DNA from: Methanotrichaceae archaeon
GTDB taxonomy: Archaea > Halobacteriota > Methanosarcinia > Methanotrichales > Methanotrichaceae
Direction of reading: 5' to 3'
NCBI GenBank assembly: GCA_963803145.1
Contig: CAWDLW010000027.1
Span: 32,001 to 96,000, forward strand
DNA length: 64,000 bases
Part shown: positions 52,321-62,580 of the stretch, in pieces
How the letters are laid out: each line of letters starts with the position of its first letter
Position numbering within the stretch: the first letter of the stretch is position 1
The notes under the pieces: model-generated
Databases searched by the model: none
Told to the model about the DNA's origin: nothing
What the model saw: the letters and a program-made list of their open reading frames with translations, nothing else
Program-made: the position numbers and the translations under genes

Positions 52321-52708
52321 GGTTTTGATAACTACCTTAGAGCTGCATAATTTACAGGAACTGAGTAATTTGCAGGAACTAGCATAATCTGCAAATCGAA
52401 GTGGCATGCTGCCACACATTACTAAAATTGTATATGTTCTCTGAGGCTTTAAGCCTTTTCATACTATTAGTAGTAGAACTACTGTATTATCAATAGTAGT
52501 AATAATATCGTATTCTATAAGAGCTGTCTTATCTGCTTCAGATGAATACACGTCATTGTTATTGAAAATCCGAATTGTAGGGCCGAGATTATCGACTAAA
52601 AACATATCAGCCTTTTTATAAGCCCTTGAAGGATCCAGGCAAATATCATGATAAGTCACCATCTCAATAAGCAAATCACCATGTGAGATTATATCATCAT
52701 AGAGCCAA

Positions 52709-53470
52709 ATGGATGAAGTGATGCATGAAGGCCGTTTTTGGGAGCTGGACCTGATCAGAGGAATAGCTGTTGTAATGATGGTGCTGTTCCATCTGGCCTA
52801 TGATCTAAACTTTTTCGGCGTATATGCATTGGATATCTACTCTGGATTTTGGTTCTATTTCGCTCGCATAACTGCTGGCATCTTCATCCTTCTGGTCGGA
52901 GTCTCGCTTGCCCTTTTTGCATCAAGGTCTACACACCGGAGGCAAGCGGACCTCCCCTTAAAGTTTTTTAAAAGAGGCACTGAGATATTTTCCCTAGGTC
53001 TAGGAATTACGGCTGCCACCTATTTTCTAATTGGCAAAGGGTTCATCATCTTCGGAATCCTCCATTTCATTGGACTTTCTATAATATTGGCATATCCCTT
53101 CCTGAATTTTAAGACATTGAACGTGATAATTGGAGCAGTAATAATAGCTGTGGGCCTCTATCTGCAGAATCTTGCCTTCGATTTTCCATGGCTGCTTTGG
53201 CTAGGGCTCGCTCCGGCGGACTTTTATACCCTGGACTACTTCCCTCTGCTTCCATGGTTTGGACTGATACTTATAGGGATATACATGGGCGATGCACTCT
53301 ACGGAGGGTATAAGCGTAAGGTAGAACTGCCCGATCTGTCGAGCTATGCCTTCATGAAGCCCATGATACAACTGGGCAGAAACTCGCTTGCAATCTATAT
53401 TGTTCATCAGCCATTGCTGATCTTAGCTCTTTATCTTTTAGGGACAAAAATTTCAATCCCGCTTCAATAA
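52709..53470 (+). CDS. DUF1624 / heparan-alpha-glucosaminide N-acetyltransferase-like membrane protein
   Basis: ELDLIRGIA, FGILHFIG, DYFPLLPW and GRNSLAIYIVHQP. Confidence 0.88.
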   Translation: MDEVMHEGRFWELDLIRGIAVVMMVLFHLAYDLNFFGVYALDIYSGFWFYFARITAGIFILLVGVSLALFASRSTHRRQADLPLKFFKRGTEIFSLGLGITAATYFLIGKGFIIFGILHFIGLSIILAYPFLNFKTLNVIIGAVIIAVGLYLQNLAFDFPWLLWLGLAPADFYTLDYFPLLPWFGLILIGIYMGDALYGGYKRKVELPDLSSYAFMKPMIQLGRNSLAIYIVHQPLLILALYLLGTKISIPLQ

Positions 53471-53584
53471 GACAGATATATTCATGTATTGCTACTATTG
53501 TGGTTCCCAATTAGAGTTGAATAAAAAATAGTTAAGGCCCTTCAGATAAATCACTAGCCCTGCGGCTGTCTACTCAGGCATGAT

Positions 53585-54490
53585 TCACTGGGCATATAGA
53601 CCTGCGCCCAGCCACCAGCCATTGTCCACCTTCTCGACATAGCTTAGCTTGAGCCTCGGCGTCATATTCTGTGATGGATCTGGATAGATATAATATGCGA
53701 ATCCTTTTCCCTCCATAGCTGCATCCATAGTGTCTCGAACGAATTTAACGCCATTTGGATCCGTTGCATTGATCCTGTTAGTGCCTATCAGATTCGGCTG
53801 AGTCGGGAGTGCGAGGGCGTTGCCGTTAAAGTCATAAGCGAACACATATAGGCCTCCTTTGAAGAATGCGCCGTTCTTATCGTTGAATTCCTTCAAAGCT
53901 CTCTCTTTTCCATTCTCTTTGGCATATTTAACAGCAGAATCAACGAAACTGACCAGATCATTCCTGGCTGTCTGACTAAAGTTGGCCGACATATTGGATA
54001 AATAGATTCCAGAGCCTAGCCACCAATTGTCGTCCACTTTCATCGCATAGCCAGTCTTGAACTCATTTCTGTTGCCGTGAGCTGGGTTTGGAAAGATGAA
54101 GTAAGTGAATCCCTCTCCACCTTTGGCAGCCTTGATAAGATTCTTAATGTAGGGAATGCCGTTGGAATCGGTCATATTCAGCTTGTTCACACCAATCCAA
54201 TCGGGCTTGAATGGGTGTGCGATATTTGTTCCCTGGAAATCATAGGCATAGATGTAGAGATCTCCTCTAACAAATGAGCCGGTCTTATTGCTGAACTCCT
54301 TCAGAGCCCGATCTTTGCCGTTTGCATGAGCATAAGCTACTGCTTCCTCTACAAAGTTGACGAGATCATCATGAGGCATGCCAATTGGCGATGATATGTT
54401 AACAGCCGTGCTGTAATTTCCATGGGCGGTATCGGCATGAACGCCGATTGGAACTACTAATAACAAAAATATAACTAGAGATGCCTTCAT
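53585..54490 (-). CDS. Stand-alone secreted tandem single-Cache domain protein
   Basis: Signal peptide MKASLVIF...; two repeats VEEAVAY...LYIYAYDF.G...AHP...DxNG...WWLGSG. Confidence 0.85.
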   Translation of the reverse strand: MKASLVIFLLLVVPIGVHADTAHGNYSTAVNISSPIGMPHDDLVNFVEEAVAYAHANGKDRALKEFSNKTGSFVRGDLYIYAYDFQGTNIAHPFKPDWIGVNKLNMTDSNGIPYIKNLIKAAKGGEGFTYFIFPNPAHGNRNEFKTGYAMKVDDNWWLGSGIYLSNMSANFSQTARNDLVSFVDSAVKYAKENGKERALKEFNDKNGAFFKGGLYVFAYDFNGNALALPTQPNLIGTNRINATDPNGVKFVRDTMDAAMEGKGFAYYIYPDPSQNMTPRLKLSYVEKVDNGWWLGAGLYAQ

Positions 54491-54683
54491 TAGCTCCATA
54501 AGTACCATGATTTTTGATGGATATTTAAAGATTCTGTAGCATACGCTTAAAAGGGATTTGTCCTCATCTTTATCGCAATCCACATATTTATTCACATTTA
54601 TATTTGATCTTTTTCTTATAAGCTTTTTTGGAGGTTTTACCTTATCGATTAAGACCCTATAAAATGGAAAGGGTCCATCTTAT

Positions 54684-55685
54684 CTATTCTCCTGGCGTGT
54701 TTATAAAATGCTTGAGCCAGATAGTCACATACACCGCTCCTACCAGAAGACCCATAAAGTAGGTTATTAACCTCCATAATGCCACCAGAATTCCCAAGAG
54801 ATAGGTGGGAACGAACTTTCCATAAATATAGCTCATGCTGAACTCAGCTATGCCGCTGCTTCCGGGTGTCAGAGGCAGTAAACTGATTATTGTTATTATT
54901 ATTTGCGCAGTGATCGAATACAGTAAGCTGGGACTCTGATTCAGCCCAATTAGAAGGATGGATGGAATCAGGAACTCGCATGTCCATATAATCACTGTGA
55001 CTGCTGCCATTGCAGGCATCTCTTTCCTTGCTTCCTTGATAAGATTGATATCCGCCTCGCGGAAAAGCCATGCCTGCTTCTCTATGAAGTCGATAGTCTT
55101 TCCATTGCCTCTTTTTCGTCTAATCCAATCAAATAATCGCGATATTCTATCTGGCCTTTTTATGAGCTCCCAGAGAAAGATCATGAGAAGAATGATCAGC
55201 ACCAGGAAAATGCCGCCAATTTCAAGCCCAACACCAATAACGAAGTTCGTGAGCAAGAGGCAAGCTGCTAGAGCAGCCAAAAAGAGAAAGCTGTCTAATA
55301 GCCTCTCCGCCAAGACGATAGTCATAGCGGAGCCATAACTCATGCCATTATCGGCAAGCATTTTTATTCTAACAGGTTCACCCCCGGCAGTGGAAGGTGT
55401 CAATGAGGCAACAAAGAGGGAAGCAAGAGTGGTCTGCATAGCCAGACCAAAGCTCACCTCTTGAGCAACCAATTTTGACAGGATCTGTATCCTCAGAGAC
55501 CAAAAAACCCAGGAGAGTGCCTGGAGGATGATTGCCAAGATTACGAACGCTACATTGATGCTTGAAAGAGCCTGGTAGGTTACACTAGTATTTGTGAATT
55601 TGAAAATGATGGTTATAGTAACTAGGCTGATAAAGATGGCTAAGATCATCTCTCGAGCTATATTTTTCTTTAAGTCCAAGAACAC
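54684..55685 (-). CDS. Flippase-like / lysylphosphatidylglycerol-synthase TM family protein
   Basis: LTPSTAGGEP, ERLLD, PLTPGSSGIAE and LWRLITY. Confidence 0.88.
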   Translation of the reverse strand: MFLDLKKNIAREMILAIFISLVTITIIFKFTNTSVTYQALSSINVAFVILAIILQALSWVFWSLRIQILSKLVAQEVSFGLAMQTTLASLFVASLTPSTAGGEPVRIKMLADNGMSYGSAMTIVLAERLLDSFLFLAALAACLLLTNFVIGVGLEIGGIFLVLIILLMIFLWELIKRPDRISRLFDWIRRKRGNGKTIDFIEKQAWLFREADINLIKEARKEMPAMAAVTVIIWTCEFLIPSILLIGLNQSPSLLYSITAQIIITIISLLPLTPGSSGIAEFSMSYIYGKFVPTYLLGILVALWRLITYFMGLLVGAVYVTIWLKHFINTPGE

Positions 55686-55753
55686 CTTAACTCATCCTCC
55701 TCAAGTCATCCTCCTCAAGCCCAAATAGCTTATCTCCGTCGATGTATTACGCT

Positions 55754-55996
55754 TCATAACCTGCAAAGGAGAGATATTCCCTCGAAAGGAGTTCCGACTG
55801 CCAGGTTATCCAAAAAGTTGAAATCTATTGTCTCATCGCCCGCAAGGCTTTTGATGATCTGGAGAGCATTAGTAATCATACTGTTATGTATACCTACATA
55901 ATACTGAGCAATCGCAATATCTATAACTGCTGATGCAACAGATATTGATGGAGATATCGCTGGAAGAATAGCAAATGTCGTTATTGAATAAATCAT
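55754..55996 (-). CDS. Hypothetical protein or fragment
   Basis: 80-aa ORF only. Confidence 0.3.
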   Translation of the reverse strand: MIYSITTFAILPAISPSISVASAVIDIAIAQYYVGIHNSMITNALQIIKSLAGDETIDFNFLDNLAVGTPFEGISLLCRL

Positions 55997-56403
55997 AGCG
56001 ATATTATTGGTTTTGAGCGAGTAAATATCTTATGCCGGAATTTCAAAGTGAAGCTTCATCAAGCTTCAGAGATTACGTATAGACGTATAGGTCCTATGAT
56101 ATCGTCTCGAAGTTGAGGGATATAGCTATTATGCTTTCAGGGAATACCTCTCCGGAAATTTGGCAAGATCTCCTAAGCTCCACGAGCTTTGTAATATTTC
56201 CATCCACTCTGCTTCTAAACTCATCTTTCGATCGTGATGATGACATGAGAGTTATCGGCACTCTTATCATATAATCCAAAGCTCTAAGCATATTAATTAT
56301 TTTTTTAAGAACTTATCAAGGTAATTTTAATTGTTGAAAAGATATAAGTAATATTAGATACAATAGTATAAGGGTCAGGTTTTATCTGACATCTTTAAAG
56401 GAC

Positions 56404-56589
56404 GTGATAAATATGATGCAGAAAGGAGAAGAAACAGACGAGTCCGAAATGGAAGGCGACTGGGGCTGGTGGAAGAATGTTCCCGAAGATAAGAAGAAGG
56501 CCTTTATGAAGGCTAAAATGGATTTTAAGATAAAGAAAGTACAAGCAAAACTGGATTTCCTGAAGGAAATTCAGAGAATCTTCGGATAA
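56404..56589 (+). CDS. Small hypothetical protein
   Basis: Upstream TATA-like ATAAGTA and downstream hairpin. Confidence 0.55.
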   Translation: MINMMQKGEETDESEMEGDWGWWKNVPEDKKKAFMKAKMDFKIKKVQAKLDFLKEIQRIFG

Positions 56590-56601
56590 GGTATAGTATT
56601 A

Positions 56602-56633
56602 AAAGCTTCGAACATAAATATATTCGAAGCTTT
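56602..56633 (+). terminator. Hairpin
   Basis: aaagcttcgaa-N10-ttcgaagcttt followed by a T-rich tract. Confidence 0.65.
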
Positions 56634-57056
56634 CTTGTATTTTCTGAAGACCTTTTGTCAGCTCTTTATCTCCATTTTTCAGTCTTGAGGAGCATCGCCG
56701 CTTCCAGGAGAGAGCCATAAGGGCTCTTGCTTACGGTCCAGCAGAAGCTAAGTCATAAGGAGCAACAATAATCTATTTCCATGCCCAAGCCTACATAGTT
56801 ATTGCCATATTGTTCTACGCCAAGGGGTCGATCCCTTAGGAATTAAACTCATTTTTAAATACTTTACATGTCTGTTAATATTAACTATCATCAAAATAGA
56901 AATGTGGCGCAGATCAAACCACAATTTGAGGATGTAAATTGAAGGCAGCAGTTTCGTCGATTTAAATTCCAGAGATTAATGATGGCACTATAATCACTGA
57001 TGTAAATAATTATTGCACGTTTTCGAAGCACTATATAGGGAACGCCTGGGTGATAG

Positions 57057-59426
57057 ATGGACCGAATGGAAAAGCTCGGAGTATGGATAGCCAAAAACCC
57101 CCTGGTAATAGCAGCTGTGGTTATCCTCATGACTATCGCCTCGGTGAACTTTGCGAGCCAGATAGAGATGCATGGCTTAGACACCGAGGACTTTGTAAGT
57201 ACAAATTCTCCGCTTTACGAAGTTTACAATCACCTTTACCTTGAAAACTTCGGCACCCAGTCCATAGCCATCCTGGTCGAGGGCAACGACGTGACCAATG
57301 AGGACGTCCTCAAGGCCATGTTGCGCCTCACCGACCGTATAAAAACCGAACCAAATGTCGTAGACGCGGTGAGCGTTGCTGACTTAGCGGCAGATGCCGA
57401 GGCAGAGCAAAGCGGCGTTCGCCAGATCCCATCCCAGGATGAGATCGATGCCATCCTGACAGAGGTCAGCCCAAATCAGCTCCAAAGCATCATGCCCGAC
57501 AGCAGGCACACCCTGATATCGGTGGTAGAGCCCAGCTATTTGAACGATGCACAGCAGAAGGACGTGCTCACCGAGACCCAGGCTGCAGTTCAATTTGCCG
57601 ATTTTCCTCCTGGATACAACATCATAGTCACAGGCTCGCCTGCTCTCACGGTAGCGATCACCAACACCATGAGCAGCAGCCAGGTAGAGCTTCTGGCTTT
57701 ATCCGGAATTCTCATGGTAGTGGCTCTCCTCCTGGTTTTCAGACACGTCAAATGGCCGCTGCTTCCCATACCCACAGTCTTTCTCGGAATTATTTGGACA
57801 TTTGGAGCCATGGGACTTTTAAAGCTGCCCATTACCTTGATCTCCTTCTCAGCCTTTCCCATCCTCATTGGGATTGGCATAGATTACGCCATCCAGTTCC
57901 ACAATCGCCTCGATGAGGAGTTCGTCAAGGGCACTCCGCCTGTCCAGGCCATGGCCAATACTGTCAACCATGTGGCTATGCCGGTGTTGATTGCCCTGAC
58001 GGTGACTGGTGCTGGCTTCATCTCCCTCATCAGCTCCTCTGTGCCCATGGTGCGCCAGTTCGGGATACTATGTTTTATGGGGCTCATCATGTGCTACCTC
58101 TCTGCCCTCTTTGTGGGTATGACTGTCCTTTACAGGGTGGAAAAAAGTAGAACGGACAAGAGTGGCCTTGATAAAAGGAACTCCGATAAGAAGAGCCCTG
58201 ATAAGAGGAACCAGTCCGAGAAAAAGAATGGCGAAAGCCGTGAAGTTAAAGGGTCTTCGATTGGATTATTCCTGGCCAGGATCGCCGACTTCAGCATACA
58301 GCGGTGGCAGTTGGTCCTTGCTGTAGCTCTGCTCCTGGCCCTGGCAGGCAACTATGCCGACACCAAGGTGCAAGTGGAAACCAACACCAACAACTACATT
58401 CCCCAGGATCTGCCGCCCCTTGTCCAGTTCAGACATCTGACGGAGATCTTCGGAGGCACCGACTCTCTGCAGTTCCTAATCCGGGCTGATGACGTTACAG
58501 ATCCGTCTCTTCTGAAATGGATGGACGATTTTGGAAACTATATTTCCAGGACCAAGCTTGAGGTTTATGGCGTGGATGATTTGGCCACTGCAATAGAGCA
58601 GGCTAACGGCGGAGAGCTGCCTGACAATAGGACTGCCATCAGGGCCATAATCAACTCCATGTCTGCAACCACCCGGGATAGGTATCTCAGCGGCTATACA
58701 TTGACGGTGATGAACGTAAACCTGGGAAACGCACAGGCTAACCTCGGATCTGAGGGTATCGACCTTATGATAAGGAATTTCGACAGAGACCTGGCATTCA
58801 TGCCCCCACCGCCGAGGGTCTCAGTAACGATAACAGGTCAGCTGGTAGTTTTTTCTACAATCATTGGCGCCCTTACAACAGGCAGAACAGAGACCACGCT
58901 TATTGGCCTTGCACTGATTTTCCTCCTCCTCTTCTTGATCTACAGAGGCGACCTCATCAAAGCTCTCCTGCCGGTCCTTCCAATGCTGGTGGTCATAGGC
59001 TGGATAGGCGGGGTCATGTATCTAGCAGGCCTGAAGTACACGCCTCTGACTGCAACCCTTGGTGCATTGATCCTGGGCGTTGGATCGGAGTACGCCATAC
59101 TCATGATGGGACGGTTCTATGAGGAGCTGCCGAAGGAGCACGATCCTCTTAGAGCTCTAAATATCACCGCCAGCCGAATAGGATCGGCCCTGATCGCATC
59201 GGGAATGACGGTGGTCTTCGGCTTTGCCGCCCTTATAACCTCGCCCTTCAGCATCACCAGCAACTTTGGATTAGTGACGGTCATGGCGGTGCTCTTTGCC
59301 CTTCTGACCACCTTCACCGTCTTTGTGGTGCTCATGGTAAACTTGGAGGAAAGGCGCAGCACCTGGGAGAAGGTCAAGCTCAGACTTCAAAGAGCCCTCA
59401 AGCTCACCAGCCCGGGAGGAGATTAA
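57057..59426 (+). CDS. RND-superfamily transporter (HAE3/MMPL-like)
   Basis: Two halves with GIGIDYAIQF and GVGSEYAIL; 12-TM pattern with two external domains. Confidence 0.92.
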   Translation: MDRMEKLGVWIAKNPLVIAAVVILMTIASVNFASQIEMHGLDTEDFVSTNSPLYEVYNHLYLENFGTQSIAILVEGNDVTNEDVLKAMLRLTDRIKTEPNVVDAVSVADLAADAEAEQSGVRQIPSQDEIDAILTEVSPNQLQSIMPDSRHTLISVVEPSYLNDAQQKDVLTETQAAVQFADFPPGYNIIVTGSPALTVAITNTMSSSQVELLALSGILMVVALLLVFRHVKWPLLPIPTVFLGIIWTFGAMGLLKLPITLISFSAFPILIGIGIDYAIQFHNRLDEEFVKGTPPVQAMANTVNHVAMPVLIALTVTGAGFISLISSSVPMVRQFGILCFMGLIMCYLSALFVGMTVLYRVEKSRTDKSGLDKRNSDKKSPDKRNQSEKKNGESREVKGSSIGLFLARIADFSIQRWQLVLAVALLLALAGNYADTKVQVETNTNNYIPQDLPPLVQFRHLTEIFGGTDSLQFLIRADDVTDPSLLKWMDDFGNYISRTKLEVYGVDDLATAIEQANGGELPDNRTAIRAIINSMSATTRDRYLSGYTLTVMNVNLGNAQANLGSEGIDLMIRNFDRDLAFMPPPPRVSVTITGQLVVFSTIIGALTTGRTETTLIGLALIFLLLFLIYRGDLIKALLPVLPMLVVIGWIGGVMYLAGLKYTPLTATLGALILGVGSEYAILMMGRFYEELPKEHDPLRALNITASRIGSALIASGMTVVFGFAALITSPFSITSNFGLVTVMAVLFALLTTFTVFVVLMVNLEERRSTWEKVKLRLQRALKLTSPGGD

Positions 59427-60608
59427 ATGGTTATCAGAACAAATCCCAGAATGAATCCCAGAACATACCTCAGAATGTTTCCAAGAATCGATTCCAGAAT
59501 TGATCTCAGGATGGATATCAGAACAGTTCTTTGTATCTGTTTAACATGTCTTCTCATACCTGCAGCCACAGCCCAGACACTGCCCACTACTGCGGCCGAG
59601 TCCGCTCAGGCATATAGCACATATATACCGATTACAGGCGGCCAGAACTACTACAACTTCTACGGCGGTCCAGAGATTGATGCCAGTGTTAGTGGCAACG
59701 ATATGTTCAATCGAGGGGATACCGTAACTCTTCTGGTGAGCCTTGCCAACTACGGCCGAGTTACCGGGTTTCAGCAGGATAAGACGCCCACTACTCCAAC
59801 TGAGTATGCTCTGGCCAATGCCGAGCAGCAGGAGGAGGGGAAGATCACCAATGCCATAAACATCAAGGCCACACTCATATCCAATACAACCCAGATAGAG
59901 GTCCAGTCAGGGGATCAGGTGGTTCAATCTCTGATGGCAGGTCAGACAGCCACAAGCCCCCTCAGGTACACTCTCCAGATAGCCAACCACGCCCCGGCAG
60001 GGCTGTATCCTCTGACCCTCAGAGTAAGCTACGATTACCAGTCCAATGTGGAGGTCTATGCAGCCAATCTGGCCAACATCCAGGGCCTTCCCCCGGTTTT
60101 CGTCAACGGTCAGTGGTCTTACTTCTACAGTCATGTCGTTAAGAACCTGACAGTGCCAATAGAGGTGAAGAAGGCTGCAGATTTCCAGGTGGTTTCAAGC
60201 GAGGCCAACACTACTGCAGGCGCAACCAACGGCCCTATTGTTGTGACTTATAGAAATATTGGCAATCAGCCCGTTACGGACGCTGTAGCCAGGCTCAGCT
60301 TCTTCACTCCCTTCTCCTCAACGGATGACCAGGCGTATCTCGGCAATATGACGCCTGGAGAAGAAAAAACAGTTCTCTTCAGGGTAGACGTGGCCTCGGG
60401 GACTACGGCCAAAGAGTACGGGGTAAACAGCGAGATCAAATACACAGATATAAGGGGAGCTACCGCCCTGTCTGAGGTCCTGATGGTGCCCGTAACCGTC
60501 AATCCATCAGGTTCTTCCATCCTAATACCTGCGATCATCGTTGTAGTCTTGATCGTCGCCATTGGAGGATATTGGTACTTAAGGAGACGAAGAGGAAAGA
60601 ATACGTAA
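59427..60608 (+). CDS. COG1361 S-layer-domain family protein (RND partner)
   Basis: Signal peptide, APAGLYPL, PFSSTDDQAYLG, C-terminal TM + RRRR. The true start may be the later Met (MDIRTV). Confidence 0.85.
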   Translation: MVIRTNPRMNPRTYLRMFPRIDSRIDLRMDIRTVLCICLTCLLIPAATAQTLPTTAAESAQAYSTYIPITGGQNYYNFYGGPEIDASVSGNDMFNRGDTVTLLVSLANYGRVTGFQQDKTPTTPTEYALANAEQQEEGKITNAINIKATLISNTTQIEVQSGDQVVQSLMAGQTATSPLRYTLQIANHAPAGLYPLTLRVSYDYQSNVEVYAANLANIQGLPPVFVNGQWSYFYSHVVKNLTVPIEVKKAADFQVVSSEANTTAGATNGPIVVTYRNIGNQPVTDAVARLSFFTPFSSTDDQAYLGNMTPGEEKTVLFRVDVASGTTAKEYGVNSEIKYTDIRGATALSEVLMVPVTVNPSGSSILIPAIIVVVLIVAIGGYWYLRRRRGKNT

Positions 60609-60806
60609 AAAGTCTCAAAAGATTCGTCTAGCGCATAGCTGTTCAGCCCCATGGGCCTATATTGCCCTTCTTTTCGCTTTTAATTACAACACATACTTAA
60701 CTTTGCATTGTATGTCCGCTCATGACGTGCTGTTAGTAAACTATATTCCTACAACTTTATTATAAATACTGCATAAACCTTTCTAAAAATTACAAGAGAG
60801 GAGAAT

Positions 60807-62006
60807 ATGAGGTACGTAGCGGTATTTTTGGTAGCCATAGCCCTCATTGCACTTTCAAGCAGTGCGTTTGCAGAGGATGCAAAGGCTACAAATGATAATT
60901 GCCCGATTAAACCGACAACCTCCTGTATGCCTACAGGTGCAGATTGCCCGACAAGTAGTGGCTGTCCAACTGGACACCATTGCACAACAGATAGCAGTTG
61001 TCCAACAGGATCAGGATGTCCGACTGGTTGTGGCTGTACAACAGGATCTGGATGCACTAGCGGTTCGAGCTGTCCAACTGGCTCAGGCTGCACAACCAAC
61101 TCTGTCTGTGCGTCATGTAGCGGCTGCATAACCAACAGCGGTTGCCCAACCGGCAGCGGCTGTACGACAGGCTCTGGTTGCCCAACAGGAACAGGCTGTA
61201 TTACCGGCTCTGGCTGTACAACTGGCTCAGGCTGTACAACGGGTAGCGGATGCCCAACAGGTTCTGGATGTGCAACTGGATCAGGGTGTGCCACTGCCAG
61301 CAGATGTACAACTAATTCATTCTGTCCGACTAGCTGTGGCTGCGTGACAGGCTCAGGCTGCCCGACAGGGACAGGCTGTACAACTGGCACAGGCTGCCCG
61401 ACTGGAAACCTCTGCACGACCGGCTCAGGCTGTACAACAGGCTGTGACTGCGCCACAGCATCTATTTGTCCAACAGGTAGCGGATGCCCAACAGGTGTGG
61501 GTTGCTCAACAGGATCAACTTGCCCAACAGGTTCAGGCTGCTCAACCAATACGGTATGCCCTAGCGAAACAACCTGCGTAACCAATTCATTCTGTCCGAC
61601 ATGTTCAGGATGCTTAACAACATCCTCTCGTCTGACAGGAGCTACATGTCCAACTGGCTCAGGCTGCACAACCGGCCCCAACTGTCCAAGCGGCACATCA
61701 TGCATAACAGGTACGGGCTGTATAACTGGCACAGGCTGCACAACAGGAGCAGGGTGCACCAGCAGCACATCATGCCCGACTGGAACGAGCTGCACCACAA
61801 ATTCAGTCTGTCCATCCTGCAGCGGCTGCATAACCAATGCCAAGTGCCCGACAAGTACGGGCTGCACAACAGGCTCAGGCTGCACAACTAACTCGTGCTG
61901 TCCAACAAGCAGCGGCTGTGTTACAACCCGTAACTGTCCCACCGGTAGCGGTTGCCCATGCAGTGGATGCAGGTGTCCGACAGGCTCATCTTCGCCGAAA
62001 CATTAA
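60807..62006 (+). CDS. Secreted Cys/Thr/Gly/Ser hexapeptide-repeat protein (C-x-T-G-S-G)n
   Basis: RBS gaggag; signal peptide ending AFA; Cys at almost every sixth residue over ~360 aa. Confidence 0.85.
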   Translation: MRYVAVFLVAIALIALSSSAFAEDAKATNDNCPIKPTTSCMPTGADCPTSSGCPTGHHCTTDSSCPTGSGCPTGCGCTTGSGCTSGSSCPTGSGCTTNSVCASCSGCITNSGCPTGSGCTTGSGCPTGTGCITGSGCTTGSGCTTGSGCPTGSGCATGSGCATASRCTTNSFCPTSCGCVTGSGCPTGTGCTTGTGCPTGNLCTTGSGCTTGCDCATASICPTGSGCPTGVGCSTGSTCPTGSGCSTNTVCPSETTCVTNSFCPTCSGCLTTSSRLTGATCPTGSGCTTGPNCPSGTSCITGTGCITGTGCTTGAGCTSSTSCPTGTSCTTNSVCPSCSGCITNAKCPTSTGCTTGSGCTTNSCCPTSSGCVTTRNCPTGSGCPCSGCRCPTGSSSPKH

Positions 62007-62074
62007 ATAGCTCTACCGGACCCGCATAGCTGAACCAGCGCTTCATAGTCTAAAGGACGCTTGGTTGATATGCT

Positions 62075-62112
62075 CTGCATGCATACACATGAAGCCACTG
62101 GTATGCATGCAG
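62075..62112 (+). terminator. 12-bp-stem hairpin downstream of the hexapeptide gene
   Basis: ctgcatgcatac-N14-gtatgcatgcag, then T-rich. Confidence 0.6.
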
Positions 62113-62235
62113 TCGGTTATTTTTCTATTTTTAAGAAGGCTATTTTAGTTATTAATAGGCTGTACTTACTGGAAAATCAATTTTATATAGTCTAGCCGCC
62201 AGTTAATAGATGTAATTGATTTTAGGAGGAATTGA

Positions 62236-62449
62236 ATGAGCGTAGAAGAAAACCCAAGGTTAATGAAAACGTTAGATGATGCTTGGAATGCAGGACCTGA
62301 AGGGCCCTGATGGGAAAATGATTCCTCCAACAAACAAGAAATTCCATATCGAGTTCTGTACGGTAGCTACATGGAAGGATGGCCAGATTGTCGAGGAAAA
62401 GCTGTTCTACGATTTGTTGGGAATGCTGAGGCAAATTGGCGTGATGTAA
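62236..62449 (+). pseudogene. SnoaL-like ester cyclase with internal deletion
   Basis: RBS aggagg, then MSVEENPRLMKTLDDAWNA; in another frame KGPDGKMIPPTNKKFHIEFCTVATWKDGQIVEEKLFYDLLGMLRQIG. Confidence 0.75.
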
Positions 62450-62580
62450 GGAGATAAAACTTACAAACTTTAATTTGAACCTTAACTCCGCGAATATGGG
62501 GAATAAATTGGGCTTTTAAGTGGTTATTTCGGCTCTAGATTCTTATTTGAGCGAAAGCTTAATTAACCTTTATTCCCCAT

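Noticed and set aside
55692-55719. 14-bp tandem duplication tcatcctcctcaag
   Set aside because: Simple local duplication of an RBS region; no evidence of function.
60749-61942. 397-aa antisense ORF (VVQPEPVGQ repeats)
   Set aside because: Shadow of the hexapeptide repeat gene; the + strand has the RBS and signal peptide.
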